NCBI GenBank assembly: GCA_963668315.1
Contig: OY764216.1
Span: forward strand, 608,001-672,000
Reading direction: 5' to 3'
DNA from: Spirochaetia bacterium
GTDB lineage: Bacteria; Spirochaetota; Spirochaetia; DSM-2461
DNA length: 64,000 nucleotides
The notes under the pieces are model-generated. The model was not told where the DNA came from, ran no database searches, and saw only the letters and a list, made by a program, of their open reading frames with translations. Made by a program: the position numbers and the translations under genes. Below are positions 36,860 to 46,890 of this stretch, piece after piece. The number at the start of each line of letters is the position of its first letter. Position 1 is the stretch's first letter.

Positions 36860-38287
36860 ATGAAAAGGAATAAAATCACCAAAAAAGTAACAATCATTCT
36901 TATTGTTTTAATGATCTTTTCGGGACTATCTCCCCTCTGGAGCCAGACGGAAAGCTGGTACGATACAGCCCAGGCCCTTCAACAGGCCTTTAGACAGGTT
37001 TCTTCCGATGTCCTGCCCGTAGTGGTTGAGATAGACGTCACTCAATATGTGGAAAAACGCAACACCCAGTTTACCATGGAGCAGTTTTTCTTCGGAACCC
37101 CCTACGGGCAGACACCGGGGCAGGAACCGAATGTACAGAAGTACGAACAGCAGGCCCTCGGTTCCGGTGTTATCGTGGAACAGCGGGGAAAGAAAGTATA
37201 TATCCTCACGAATAACCATGTGGTGGGAAATGCCGACGAAATTAGCGTCTCCCTCTATGACGGCAGAGAGTTCGATGCGGAACTGGTGGGAACCGATCCC
37301 AATAAAGACCTGGCACTCATCTCCATAGAAACCACGGAAAGAATCCCCGTAGCCCGTCTGGGAGACTCCGACGCCCTTCAGGTGGGAGACTGGGTTCTGG
37401 CCGTGGGCAACCCCATGGGATTCGAATCCACCGTAACCCAGGGTATCATCAGCGCCAAAAGCCGTAAGGAAGGGCCTGACAACGCCGGGTTCACCGACTA
37501 TATCCAGACCGACGCCGCCATCAACCAGGGAAACTCGGGCGGAGCGCTTGTTAATCTTGAGGGAGAAGTGGTGGGAATCAACACCTGGATCGTATCCCAG
37601 TCGGGAGGAAGCATCGGCCTGGGATTCGCCATCCCCATCAATAACGCGAAGAAGGCCATCGATGACTTCATCACCAAGGGTAACGTAGAATACGGCTGGC
37701 TGGGCGTCCACATGGGAACCCTGACGGACAAACTGGCGGAAAGCATGAGTCTGGATGACAGAAAGGGAGCCTTTGTCTTCAATATCTACCAGGATTCACC
37801 CGCCATGGACGGAGGACTCCAGCCCGGAGACCTGATCATATCGGTGGACAACAGGACTATCGAGACCAGCAACGATCTCATCAACACCATCGCCAATGAC
37901 AGTCCCGGGGAACGGGTAAGCGTAACCTACGTACGTGACAACAGGGAATACAATACCGAAATTACCCTGGGCCTTCGCAAGGATCTGACAGCCGAAGGAA
38001 ATAAAGTTACCCTTTGGCCCGGATTCAACGTGGCGGAACTGACCCCGGAAATGCGCGAGCAGATGGGGCTCAGCCGGAATGCGGGCAACCTGATCATCGC
38101 CAATGTAACGGAAGACAGCAAGGCGGCCGCCCTGGGGCTTCAGAACGGCGATGTCATCAAAAGCATCAACCGCAAAAACCTTAAGGATATCGAGGATTTT
38201 TACGAAGCGGTGAACCAGGATGACGAACTGGACATCACGGTAAACCGAAGGGGTTACGAGTTCGATTATACTCTCTCCTTGAATTAA
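36860..38287 (+). CDS. degP: DegP/HtrA (Do) periplasmic serine protease with two PDZ domains
   Basis: LTNNHVV, DLAL, IQTDAAINQGNSGGAL; signal peptide; GGAGG 7 nt before ATG 36860. Confidence 0.92.
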   Translation: MKRNKITKKVTIILIVLMIFSGLSPLWSQTESWYDTAQALQQAFRQVSSDVLPVVVEIDVTQYVEKRNTQFTMEQFFFGTPYGQTPGQEPNVQKYEQQALGSGVIVEQRGKKVYILTNNHVVGNADEISVSLYDGREFDAELVGTDPNKDLALISIETTERIPVARLGDSDALQVGDWVLAVGNPMGFESTVTQGIISAKSRKEGPDNAGFTDYIQTDAAINQGNSGGALVNLEGEVVGINTWIVSQSGGSIGLGFAIPINNAKKAIDDFITKGNVEYGWLGVHMGTLTDKLAESMSLDDRKGAFVFNIYQDSPAMDGGLQPGDLIISVDNRTIETSNDLINTIANDSPGERVSVTYVRDNREYNTEITLGLRKDLTAEGNKVTLWPGFNVAELTPEMREQMGLSRNAGNLIIANVTEDSKAAALGLQNGDVIKSINRKNLKDIEDFYEAVNQDDELDITVNRRGYEFDYTLSLN

Positions 38288-38308
38288 AACCCCTTTTTAA
38301 CATAGAGC

Positions 38309-38343
38309 AGAGGCTGCCTTTTCATCGGGCAGCCTCTTTTTTT
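38309..38343 (+). terminator. Intrinsic terminator after degP
   Basis: AGAGGCTGCC/GGCAGCCTCT stem followed by a T-run. Confidence 0.85.
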
Positions 38344-38345
38344 AG

Positions 38346-38374
38346 AAAAAGGTCCAGAAATGCATTCCTGAACG
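38346..38374 (+). promoter_or_regulatory. Palindromic operator-like motif, copy 1
   Basis: AAAAAGGTCCAGAAATGCATTCCTGAACG, 27/29 identical to the reverse complement of 54430-54458. Confidence 0.65.
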
Positions 38375-38433
38375 TTTTTCTCCCTTATCTCCGATATGAT
38401 GGGTAGCGTTCTCATACATAAAGGAGCTCATAA

Positions 38434-39537
38434 ATGAAAAGAAACAGGTTATTACCCATGGCGACGGTTTTCTGCACCGTCCTCTTTTTCTCCGGCTGCG
38501 ATCTCACGGGATCCGATACATCCGAATCAACTCCCGTGACGGTTCCGGACGGAACCATTCTGATCACCGATTTGAAAACCACGTCCATGACCCTTTTCTG
38601 GACGGCGGCCGGCGGTTCAGGTACCCTTAAATACAGGGCATACTATTCCGAATCGGACAATATAGGGACTGTTGAAGAGATGAAAATGAACGGCATTGCC
38701 GTAGACGACAACTGGACGACGGAGCCCTCGGCGGCAGTTACGGATCTGACGAAGGATAAAACCTACTACTTCAACGTCATGGTGACCAATGAGGCGGGGA
38801 GCACCGCGGCCTATACCGAACGAACCAAAGCCACCCCTTCGGTTAACGACACCATAGCCCCCCACAGGGAAGATATTTTTATTTCTGAGAACCCCGGAGG
38901 CTTATTCGTCCAAATAGAAAACTGTCGGGATAATGAAACGGCCGGTTACGATCTACAATTCCTCATCTATTACTCGGAAGCAGATAATATGAACACCCTG
39001 GAAGAGGCAAAGGCCAATGGGTCAGCCTGCGGAACCTGGACGACAGCAGTTTCATTGAAAGAAGATGGCGACGCCTCTCTGTCCGTTTCCAAACCGGATG
39101 CCGGTAAATACTATATAGCAGCCATCATACGGGATGAGGCGGGTAATGAAACGCTTGATAGCCTAAGCAAAGCCATTACCATTACGAATGACTCTCCCCT
39201 CACTGATAGAACCATAACCGCGTCCAAAGAGAATAACACCGTAACGTTAACCTGGATACCCGTACCTCCTCCGGCCACCGACTCAATCATGAATTATTTA
39301 ATATGCTACTCCGATACCGGGGAGAAGGTAGAATCTATTGAAAATGCATTAGTCGCGGAAGATGAAATTATTCAATTATCACAGCTCACCGGGAATGCAT
39401 CATCATACACCACTCCTGGTCTTACCGCTGGGGAAACCTATTATTTTAATGTTATAGTACAAATAAATTCAAAGGAGAATTCATCAATTTTTATGGATAT
39501 ATATTCTCCCGTTTCGGTCACTATCGATTCGGAATGA
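38434..39537 (+). CDS. Lipoprotein with three fibronectin type III-like domains
   Basis: Lipobox LFFSGC; TLFWTAA..YRAYYS..DLTKDKTYYFNV and TLTWIP..YLICYS..GLTAGETYYFNV; RBS AAGGAG. Confidence 0.8.
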   Translation: MKRNRLLPMATVFCTVLFFSGCDLTGSDTSESTPVTVPDGTILITDLKTTSMTLFWTAAGGSGTLKYRAYYSESDNIGTVEEMKMNGIAVDDNWTTEPSAAVTDLTKDKTYYFNVMVTNEAGSTAAYTERTKATPSVNDTIAPHREDIFISENPGGLFVQIENCRDNETAGYDLQFLIYYSEADNMNTLEEAKANGSACGTWTTAVSLKEDGDASLSVSKPDAGKYYIAAIIRDEAGNETLDSLSKAITITNDSPLTDRTITASKENNTVTLTWIPVPPPATDSIMNYLICYSDTGEKVESIENALVAEDEIIQLSQLTGNASSYTTPGLTAGETYYFNVIVQINSKENSSIFMDIYSPVSVTIDSE

Positions 39538-39556
39538 AATCAATACGCCGGGAGCC

Positions 39557-41842
39557 CTACCGATCCCGGTACTGGCTGGGGCTCATACCGGTCACTTTCT
39601 TGAAAGCCCTGCGGAATGAGTAGGCGTTGGTATAACCCACATCTCTCTGGATCTCCTGGATCTTGCCGTCTCCCCGGTCCAGGAGTTCAACGGCCTTGGT
39701 AATCCTGAGGTTTTCCAGATAGGAAGAGAAATTCCCCCCCGTCTGTTCCTTGAAGAAGTGGGAAAGATAACCGCTCGATACGTTAAAGAGGGAAGAAACG
39801 GTAATCAGGCTTATATTGATATCGTGATAGTTCTCCTTGAGATACTCGAGGATATCGTCTTTCAGTTTGCTGTTCCGGCTCTTTTTGTTACTGCAGATAT
39901 AATGGCACATCTCGCCGTAGATAGTCCGGATCTCCTTCTCTACGGAATCCAGATCGGTCCTTGATTCAAGGGCATGCATTCTCAGACACAGTTCTCCGAA
40001 CAGGGGTGCTTTGAGATTCATCCTGTAAAAAGTGTTCCTGAGAAGCTCCAGGTAATGATTTTTAATCGTCCTGTCACCGAAAAGATGTTCATTCTGCTCG
40101 ATGTTGCTGTCAAGGATTTTGCAGACCGCATTGAATTTCCCCGCCTTGACCAGGTAGATAATACGGTTTTCCACTTCAAGGGGATATTGAATATCCCTCG
40201 TATGTCCTTTGGAAGGAACATACCAGTTACCCTCCACCAGTTCGTCATGATCCATTCGGCTGCATATGGTTTTCGCACAGTCATGGGAAATGCTTATCAT
40301 ATCCAGGGAAGTGACGAAGGTACCTCCCCCCCACTGCGGATTGAGTCCGTATTCCCGGTTGAGAACCTTCAGAAGATCGGTCAGGCGGGACTCAATGGAT
40401 CTCCTCCCTTCTTCCGCGGTTACACCGTTCCAGCTGAAGATAAGGGCAAATTCCGCTTCCCGCATGGTGATGATATTGATCCTGCAGCGCGGGTCCTCAT
40501 TCTGAAGAAGGTCGTCCAGAATCAGCCGGCCCATAAGTTCTTCCTCCACCGTGCTGGACGTCTGGCTCTCCTCGGCGGGAAAAAGATTCAGCCTTACCAC
40601 CGTATAAAGATCGGCTTTAAGATCAAGAGAAAGAAAACTCAGACTCTTCTCCATCGCTTTCACGCTCTTGAACTCTCCGTTCAGAAGACGCTGCAGAGTT
40701 ATCTCCTGCAGATGGGCTTTCTGCACGGTCATACGGTCACTGAGGTCTAAATTGTCATGGACCAGATTGGATACGGACTCCTGCAGCGCCTCGAAGGGAT
40801 CGCGCATTTTGGCCTCTTCTTCATCGCCGCCGCCCTTCATGACATCGAGAAGCTTGACAAGCGGCCTGGCGTTCCTGCTGGAGAAAAAGAGAGAAAGCAT
40901 CAGTCCTATGAGAATGGTGCAGAAAGAGACGACAAGAGCCGTATTCCGGATATAATGGAGACGATGGAGAAGGACCTTTTCGGGGGTCAGGACCGTATAG
41001 GATAAACCGGAATAATCGGACTTGACCGTCACGGTCAGTTTACGTCCCCCTTCTGTCTCTATCCTGTCCCCGTCCTGCAGGTTCTCTCTGTTCCGGATAA
41101 GTTCAAACTCCTCATCCGATCCTCCCAGCCTGGTAACGGGATTTCCCTCTCGCGTACTCACATATATGCTGACATCTTCGGCAATCTGTGCCCGGGAGAG
41201 ATATTCGTTAACCACATCATTATCCAGGAAGACGACGGCCAGGCAGTAAGTCCCCGGCTTGTGCTGTATGGGAATTCTCATAACCAGGGGAATAAGGTTC
41301 ACCTTATAGCCGTTAAAAAGAAATTCACCGGCTTCAAGAAAACGGATGCCGTCCCAATTTCCCTCAAGATTCTTCAGCCAGTCAGCCTTGTCATAATGTC
41401 TGTAGGTGATCATATGGCGAAAGAAAAAATCGCTGCTGTAGGACGTATTGTTGACAAGGACCTGTTCGCTGTCGGGCAGGTAGATAAAATAACCCGCAAG
41501 AAATGCCCTCGTCATGAAATGGGAATTCAGGTTTTTTACGACCCCTTCCATTTTATAATAAAAACGCCCGTCCAGAGGCCGCTCGCTGATCGTCAGTGAT
41601 GTGAAATCGTTATCAATATTTAACTTGGTTAACAGGGCGACAGAGTCTTCCAGGCTCTTATCGAGAATAAGGGTCGTCTGCCCGATTATGGCGCGGTTGG
41701 CGGAAATAGCTTCTTCATAAACGGAACCCACACTTTCGCCGTAGAAGATAAAAGCGGTAAGCACGGGGAAAAAAAGGATAAAAATATAGGAGTATAGAAA
41801 TCGCGTAAAAAACGATCTCTTCCGTTCTCTTCTCAGAAGCAT
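39557..41842 (-). CDS. Membrane-anchored one-component AraC regulator (YesS-like)
   Basis: Two TMs flanking an extracytoplasmic sensor; C-terminal GYLSHFFKEQTG...VGYTNAYSFRRAFKKVTG. ATG 41842 preferred over TTG 41899. Confidence 0.88.
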   Translation of the reverse strand: MLLRRERKRSFFTRFLYSYIFILFFPVLTAFIFYGESVGSVYEEAISANRAIIGQTTLILDKSLEDSVALLTKLNIDNDFTSLTISERPLDGRFYYKMEGVVKNLNSHFMTRAFLAGYFIYLPDSEQVLVNNTSYSSDFFFRHMITYRHYDKADWLKNLEGNWDGIRFLEAGEFLFNGYKVNLIPLVMRIPIQHKPGTYCLAVVFLDNDVVNEYLSRAQIAEDVSIYVSTREGNPVTRLGGSDEEFELIRNRENLQDGDRIETEGGRKLTVTVKSDYSGLSYTVLTPEKVLLHRLHYIRNTALVVSFCTILIGLMLSLFFSSRNARPLVKLLDVMKGGGDEEEAKMRDPFEALQESVSNLVHDNLDLSDRMTVQKAHLQEITLQRLLNGEFKSVKAMEKSLSFLSLDLKADLYTVVRLNLFPAEESQTSSTVEEELMGRLILDDLLQNEDPRCRINIITMREAEFALIFSWNGVTAEEGRRSIESRLTDLLKVLNREYGLNPQWGGGTFVTSLDMISISHDCAKTICSRMDHDELVEGNWYVPSKGHTRDIQYPLEVENRIIYLVKAGKFNAVCKILDSNIEQNEHLFGDRTIKNHYLELLRNTFYRMNLKAPLFGELCLRMHALESRTDLDSVEKEIRTIYGEMCHYICSNKKSRNSKLKDDILEYLKENYHDINISLITVSSLFNVSSGYLSHFFKEQTGGNFSSYLENLRITKAVELLDRGDGKIQEIQRDVGYTNAYSFRRAFKKVTGMSPSQYRDR

Positions 41843-41923
41843 GCACAAATAATAACCGCAATCGGGGAAAAAGAACATCCCCGATTTGCGGTAGAACAAT
41901 AAGATAGAACTATTTATCTGTCA

Positions 41924-43357
41924 TTAAATATTCAATTCGGCAAGAATCTGGGACATACCCAGTTTCTCTGCTTCAGCTTTATAGAGATCAAGACCTTCCT
42001 TTACGCCCAGATCACCGATACAGATTTTGGAAATGATTTCCTCTCTGAGGGCGGTCAGATCTCCGGATACCTTGATATAGGTCTTGGAAATCGGTCTGAG
42101 CTGCTGCTGAACGGCATCGGCTCTGTGCATGGCGACAGAACTTTCCAGTCTCGGATCGAGGGGAAAGGGATTATCGATGGTCCAGGGTGCGGGCTGCAGT
42201 TCGGGGTGGATGTAAGCCTTGGGGAAAGTTTTCTTGGGGTCGTCCAGCTCGGGCAGGAACTCATGGGTTTTGGGATCCCAGTGAACACCTTCAACTCCGT
42301 AGGTGAAGAGCTGCTGACCTTCAGCACCGTCATGCATATATTCAATGACATTCTTGAATACGAAGTCAGGATCTTCACAGGCTACAGTAATGGCGTGCTG
42401 ACCGGCCAGTCTGTTGTTGTAATGGCTGCCTTCGATAGCGGGCATGGGAACGAATTCGGCGGATGCACCGGCAGGGCCGTTTTTAACACCGTCTTCCAGG
42501 GTTTTAGCCCATGTTCCGGACCAGTATGTGAATACACCCACGTTGCCGGAATAGGTTTTTTCACGGCAGGTAGAGGTTTTGTTGGTGAATACTTCCGAAT
42601 CAATCAGGCCTTCTTCGTAGCAGAGAGCCAGTCTTTCCATGGCGCCGACAAACTCGGGCTGGGCGAGACCATCGACCCACTTGCCGTTCTTGACGGTAAA
42701 GTCGGCGATTCCGTCCTGGAAAATGTCTCTCATGTACATATCATCCTTAACACCGGGTGCTACGAAAGCGATAGTATCATCAATGCCGTTTCCATCGGGA
42801 TCGCTGGTAGCGAAAGCCTTGAGCATGGCATAATATTCGTCCCAGGTGGTGGGGATATCCATACCGAGCTTATCAAGCCAGTCTTTTCTCACATAGGAGA
42901 TACAGCCGCCACCGGTATTGTAGCCTACGGAATAAAGTTTGCCGTCGGCAAAACGGACGGACTCAACATACTGGCTGGGAATAGCCTGGATTTTTGCAGA
43001 ACCTTCAATCTGTTTGGTAAGATCCAGCATGGCTCCCTCAGACACATAGGTGGAGAGGTGGTCCGTATCCAGCTCGATAACGTCGGGGATATCGCCGGAA
43101 GCGAAGGCCAGCTGAACTTTTTCGTAATACTCGTTATGGGCAGGCTGGGTAACGATAAGATCGATACCGGTCAATTCCTTGTATTTCTCCAGGAAAATAT
43201 CCATACCCCATTCGGGTCTCAGAAACGTCGTATCAAAGAACGCATTGATTTTGCTGGGGGTCTCAGCAGAGGAGGATGCGGTTTCATTGCCTCCATTTGC
43301 AAAAACGAGTGATCCGGAAAGGATCAGCATAACAGAAAGAAAAACAGTTTTCTTCAT
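41924..43357 (-). CDS. Oligosaccharide ABC substrate-binding protein (LplA-like)
   Basis: Signal ending VFANGGNE; FASGDIPD, YVRKDWLDKLG, DPDGNGIDDT, TYGVEGVHW. Confidence 0.92.
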   Translation of the reverse strand: MKKTVFLSVMLILSGSLVFANGGNETASSSAETPSKINAFFDTTFLRPEWGMDIFLEKYKELTGIDLIVTQPAHNEYYEKVQLAFASGDIPDVIELDTDHLSTYVSEGAMLDLTKQIEGSAKIQAIPSQYVESVRFADGKLYSVGYNTGGGCISYVRKDWLDKLGMDIPTTWDEYYAMLKAFATSDPDGNGIDDTIAFVAPGVKDDMYMRDIFQDGIADFTVKNGKWVDGLAQPEFVGAMERLALCYEEGLIDSEVFTNKTSTCREKTYSGNVGVFTYWSGTWAKTLEDGVKNGPAGASAEFVPMPAIEGSHYNNRLAGQHAITVACEDPDFVFKNVIEYMHDGAEGQQLFTYGVEGVHWDPKTHEFLPELDDPKKTFPKAYIHPELQPAPWTIDNPFPLDPRLESSVAMHRADAVQQQLRPISKTYIKVSGDLTALREEIISKICIGDLGVKEGLDLYKAEAEKLGMSQILAELNI

Positions 43358-43437
43358 TTAAAAAACTCCTTTTAAGATAGTATTTCAAACCGGGCAAAAT
43401 GTCACCCGGAAAAGAACGTTATATCGGGTAAGCCTTG

Positions 43438-44319
43438 TTACCCCTTAACTCCGCCCAGTTTCAAACCGGAAACGAAGTGCTTCTGCAGGACAGGATAGAC
43501 AATCATGACGGGGATTACCGCCACGACAATAGCCGCATTCTGAAGACTTTTCGGAAAGACCTGAACATCCTGGGAAGGAACAAACTCATCGGTCAGAACC
43601 AGTTCCCGCAGTTTTACCTGGAAGTTCATCCACTTGGGATCATTGATATAGATAATGAAATGGAAGAAGTCATTATAGTAAAGCACGATATAAAAGAGGC
43701 TGACCGCGGCGATGGCCGGCTTGGACAGGGGCAGCATGATTCTCACAAAGATAGTCATGGGGTTGGCTCCGTCTATTTCGGCCGACTCCTTGAGGCTCTC
43801 GGGAACTTCGGCAAAAAAGTTCTTTATAAGTATCAGGTAATAGGCTTCGATCGTAAAGGTCAGAACAACCGACCAGATAGTATCAAGAAGTCCCAGGCGG
43901 CGTATCTGCATATACGTGGGAACAAGACCGCCGTTGAAAATCATGGTAAAAAGCACCATGTAAATAAAGAATGTCCTTCCGGGAAGATCCTTTTCAGTAA
44001 GGACGTAGGCAGACATCGTCGTTACCGTCATGGCCACGGTGGTTCCCAGTACTGTGACCAGAAGGGAAACAAAGAAGGGCCTGTAGAGACTGGAAGAACT
44101 CAGAATAGCTTCATAAGCCGCCGTCGTCGCTTTCTGGGGAAGCATATGCATCCCGTAGGCGCCCACGCCGTCAAAGGAGTCGGAAACGACCTTGATAAGG
44201 GGAATAAGCATCATGATCATGAAGATGATCATAAAAATGGCATTTCCCGTCAGGAACGCATTCCGCCCCCGGTTATTTTTTTCAAATCCTAATATTTCAC
44301 CAATTTTTGTCATTACCAT
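43438..44319 (-). CDS. ABC permease (LplC-like)
   Basis: FTMIFNGGLVPTY, ESAEIDGA, ends GLKLGGVKG. Confidence 0.92.
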   Translation of the reverse strand: MVMTKIGEILGFEKNNRGRNAFLTGNAIFMIIFMIMMLIPLIKVVSDSFDGVGAYGMHMLPQKATTAAYEAILSSSSLYRPFFVSLLVTVLGTTVAMTVTTMSAYVLTEKDLPGRTFFIYMVLFTMIFNGGLVPTYMQIRRLGLLDTIWSVVLTFTIEAYYLILIKNFFAEVPESLKESAEIDGANPMTIFVRIMLPLSKPAIAAVSLFYIVLYYNDFFHFIIYINDPKWMNFQVKLRELVLTDEFVPSQDVQVFPKSLQNAAIVVAVIPVMIVYPVLQKHFVSGLKLGGVKG

Positions 44320-44325
44320 GCGCTC

Positions 44326-45231
44326 CTAGAGAATGCTCTCTTCGTTGATTTTTTTACTCATGTAGTTAGCTCCCAGTACGAGTACAAGGGAAATTAACGA
44401 CTGGAAGAGACCAATGGCCGTTGAGTAATCGTAGTCGGCCTGTTCAAAACCGACCCTGTATGTATAGGTTCCGATAACATCGGCCACATTGTAGACAAGG
44501 GGATTATACAGAACCAATACCGGCTGGAAGAGATTAAGCACCTTGGAAAGACTCATGATGAAAACAACGAGAATCGTTGTCTGGAGACTGGGCAGGGTAA
44601 TGGCGAAAGTCTGGCGCAGCCTTCCCGCTCCGTCGATCTTGGCCGCTTCGTAAAGCTGGGGGTCGATTCCCGTCAGAGCGGCAAGATAAATAATGGCGCC
44701 CCATCCGGTCTCCTTCCATCGGTGAATGAAGAGGAAGGAAGGCCTCCACCAGTCCTCATCGACCAGGAAGTAAATCGGCTGACCGCCCAGTTTCTCGATG
44801 ACCGAATTGATGATCCCCGTCTCGGGGGAAAGTATCATCGTGAAGAGTGAAGCGACAACAACCCAGGAAAGGAAGTGGGGAAGATAAACCACTGTCTGAA
44901 TCACTTTCTGACTACCCTTGTGCTTCACTTCGTTCAGAAGCAGAGCAAAGCCGATGTTGATAACAGTCGCCAGCAACAGGTCAAGGCCGCTCAGGAAGAG
45001 CGTATTGAAAAAACTCGACCAGAATCTCTCGCTTGCGAACAGGTAGCGGAAGTTCTCCAGCCCGATAAAATCCCTTATTCCCATAATGCCGAATTCATAA
45101 AAGGCGATTCGGATTCCGTACATGGGAATATACTTGAAAAGGACGAGGAATAGGACCATGGGAACCAGCATCAGGTAGAAGGCCCTATACTTAATGATTT
45201 TTTTTATAGTTTTATTGTCTTGGAAAGTCAT
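44326..45231 (-). CDS. ABC permease (LplB-like)
   Basis: YLPHFLSWVVV, WKETGWGAIIYLAALTGIDPQLYEAAKIDGAGR. Confidence 0.93.
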   Translation of the reverse strand: MTFQDNKTIKKIIKYRAFYLMLVPMVLFLVLFKYIPMYGIRIAFYEFGIMGIRDFIGLENFRYLFASERFWSSFFNTLFLSGLDLLLATVINIGFALLLNEVKHKGSQKVIQTVVYLPHFLSWVVVASLFTMILSPETGIINSVIEKLGGQPIYFLVDEDWWRPSFLFIHRWKETGWGAIIYLAALTGIDPQLYEAAKIDGAGRLRQTFAITLPSLQTTILVVFIMSLSKVLNLFQPVLVLYNPLVYNVADVIGTYTYRVGFEQADYDYSTAIGLFQSLISLVLVLGANYMSKKINEESIL

Positions 45232-45266
45232 GGCGTTATTTAAATCCCGATAGGGGGATCCGTAAA

Positions 45267-45342
45267 GAAACGATTTTTCATAAATATGTCAAAATATGGA
45301 TAATGGGGGAAACGATTTTTCATAAAAGGGAACAAAAATGGA
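45267..45342. promoter_or_regulatory. 42-bp-period direct repeat in the divergent ABC/GH28 promoter
   Basis: Exact GAAACGATTTTTCATAAA at 45267-45284 and 45309-45326, each followed by CAAAA(T)ATGGA. Confidence 0.65.
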
Positions 45343-45395
45343 GAATTATTCCAAAGTAGAAGAAATCTTTTGCCCCTTCGGGTATTCTTTCTGCC

Positions 45396-46805
45396 ATGAA
45401 AACGACAGGAAATCACTCACTCATTGACTTTGGAGCCGTAGGAAACGGAAAGACAGACTGTACAAAGGCTTTTGCCGAAGCAGCCGAGGCAATCAGAAAA
45501 GCCGGGGGCGGCACAATATCAGTACCCCCGGGAAAATACCTGACCGGACCGATAAGGCTATACTCCCATACGGAGCTTCATCTCGCTCCGGGAGCTGAGA
45601 TCAGCTTTTCCGACAATCCGGAGGATTATCCCCTGGTCAGCACCCGCTGGGGAGGAAATGACTGCATAGCCCTTATGCCCATGGTCTGGGCCGATAAGGA
45701 AGAGGATATCTCCCTGACAGGAAAGGGTAGGATCAACGGAAACGGGATGTGGTGGTGGGACACCTGCCGCCAGCGGACGAAACCGGAAGGCCTGCCCGAA
45801 AACTGGCCCTTCCTGGAAGAGTACAGAAAAACAACGAAACGGGTCATAGAAGCCAATGGCGACATCTCCCGGTTCGATACGGGCGGCGGCGGAATGGAAT
45901 CGGGATTTCTGCGCCCGCCCCTTCTGCAGTTCAAGGACTGCCGCAATATAACCATAGAGGGCGTGACCTGCACCAACTCGGCGTTCTGGAACTGCCATAT
46001 GCTCTACTCCACGGACATCACCATCCACGACGCCCGTTTCGTCAGCCCCGCAGACGCCCCCAATACGGACGGCATGGATATCGACTCCTGCTGCGGCGTC
46101 CGCATCTCCGACTGCGTTTACGATGTGGGTGACGACTGCCTGTGCCTTAAATCGGGAATCGGCCGTGAAGCCATGGCCGTGGGCCGTCCCACCGAAGAGG
46201 TGGTAATATCCAACTGCACCATGCTCCGGGGACACGGCGGAATCGTGCTCGGTTCGGAAATCGCCGGCGGCTTAAGGAACATCGTCATATCCGGCTGTAC
46301 CTTCAAGGGAACCGACAGGGGCATCCGCCTGAAAACGAGAAGGGAACGGGGCGGCTATGTGAAGAACGTACGGATAAGCGACATCGTCATGTCCGATGTG
46401 GGCTGTCCCCTCGTTTTCAATATGTTCTACAAATGCGGGACCCATCCGGACCAGCTCGCCTATCTGAGCGACAAAACCCCCCAGCCTCTTATCGACACGA
46501 CGCCCTTTATGGAAAACGTGTCCATTTCCGGCATCATCAGTACCGAGACCAGAGCGTCGGCGGGAATCTTCCTCGGTCTTCCCGAAAGACCCATATCCGG
46601 AGTCTCCATTAATGACCTGACCATCGAGATGGCCGCAGGCGCCGCCCCGGAAGAACCGGCCATGACCTACTTCAAGGATACATATTCCGCCGCGGGTTTC
46701 GTTCTGGAAAACGTGAAAGATTCCCAAATTTCCAACTGCCGTCTTAAGGGAGTAAAGGGAGATAGGGTCAGAATGACCAGCTGTGAAGAAGTGACGGTTC
46801 AGTAG
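45396..46805 (+). CDS. GH28 polygalacturonase-family glycosidase, cytoplasmic
   Basis: DFGAVGNG; catalytic motifs NTDG, GDD, GHG, RLK; no signal peptide. Confidence 0.93.
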   Translation: MKTTGNHSLIDFGAVGNGKTDCTKAFAEAAEAIRKAGGGTISVPPGKYLTGPIRLYSHTELHLAPGAEISFSDNPEDYPLVSTRWGGNDCIALMPMVWADKEEDISLTGKGRINGNGMWWWDTCRQRTKPEGLPENWPFLEEYRKTTKRVIEANGDISRFDTGGGGMESGFLRPPLLQFKDCRNITIEGVTCTNSAFWNCHMLYSTDITIHDARFVSPADAPNTDGMDIDSCCGVRISDCVYDVGDDCLCLKSGIGREAMAVGRPTEEVVISNCTMLRGHGGIVLGSEIAGGLRNIVISGCTFKGTDRGIRLKTRRERGGYVKNVRISDIVMSDVGCPLVFNMFYKCGTHPDQLAYLSDKTPQPLIDTTPFMENVSISGIISTETRASAGIFLGLPERPISGVSINDLTIEMAAGAAPEEPAMTYFKDTYSAAGFVLENVKDSQISNCRLKGVKGDRVRMTSCEEVTVQ

Positions 46806-46829
46806 GGCTTCTTACACCGGAAAACTTCC

Positions 46830-46876
46830 GAGCGCTCATACCTTACGCAACGGTAATAGCTCAGGTATGAGCGCTC
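46830..46876. terminator. Inverted repeat between convergent genes
   Basis: Perfect 14-bp arms GAGCGCTCATACCT/AGGTATGAGCGCTC with a 19-nt loop; no clear U-tract. Confidence 0.55.
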
Positions 46877-46890
46877 TGTGGTGAAATTAT

